Part shown: piece after piece, positions 63,698-64,000 of the stretch
Layout of the letters: each line of letters begins with the position of its first letter
Position numbering within the stretch: position 1 is the stretch's first letter
Assembly: GCA_032718475.1 (NCBI GenBank)
Contig: JAUCBJ010007613.1
Span: forward strand, 62,001 to 126,000
DNA length: 64,000 nucleotides
Direction of reading: 5' to 3'
Source: Nemertoderma westbladi
Taxonomy: Eukaryota; Animalia; Xenacoelomorpha
Notes under the pieces: model-generated
Seen by the model: the letters and a program-made list of their open reading frames with translations, nothing else
What the model was told of the DNA's origin: nothing
The model's database searches: none
Made by a program: the position numbers and the translations under genes

Positions 63698-64000
63698 ACC
63701 CTACTACTAGCCTAAAATAGGAGTGAACTGCTGGTTTTATCTCCCTATAAACAGTAATTCAACCAAAGCTCTGCTATTGTCAGTATAATATAAAACAACA
63801 CAACTGTACAACACAAGAGCCTTTTCTTAAAGCAAAAAAAACAATAATTTGTAGCATTAAAGCCTTACATGTAGCGGCTGAGCCACTTTTCATATCGCCA
63901 ACAAAAGTAGCACAAGAGCCACTTGATTATACTGTGTGTGAGGTGTTAAAGTAACTGCTTATTACAAAATAAATCCGCACAACCTGCAAATTTCCCACAT

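Overview
AT-rich eukaryotic (invertebrate-animal-like) genomic DNA made almost entirely of mobile elements. Left to right: (i) two minus-strand Bel/Pao-type gag regions with their putative 5' LTRs, nested through the 3' end of an RTE LINE (1-8.7 kb); (ii) a decayed APE+RT LINE (9.7-12.5 kb); (iii) the first five coding exons of a host gene for a secreted Cys-rich protein with GCC2/GCC3-like (ephrin-receptor-like) repeats (14.4-17.4 kb); (iv) the main finding: two adjacent large elements, A (19779-32646, 12.9 kb) and B (32662-51080, 18.4 kb). Each is bounded by short imperfect inverted termini containing GGCC, sits in (TA)n, and encodes a spliced C2H2-zinc-finger + tyrosine recombinase (CryptonV-like). 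A carries an apparently intact 7-exon, 1059-aa gene; B carries a rearranged, split gene plus large satellites; (v) Penelope GIY-YIG and RTE remnants (51-53 kb); (vi) a decayed Polinton/Maverick-like module (56-63.7 kb) in which a protein-primed PolB gene is followed by a TATA-binding-protein-like pseudogene and an array of eight tRNA T-arm/B-box motifs. All gene models and alignments were read by eye; no database searches were run.
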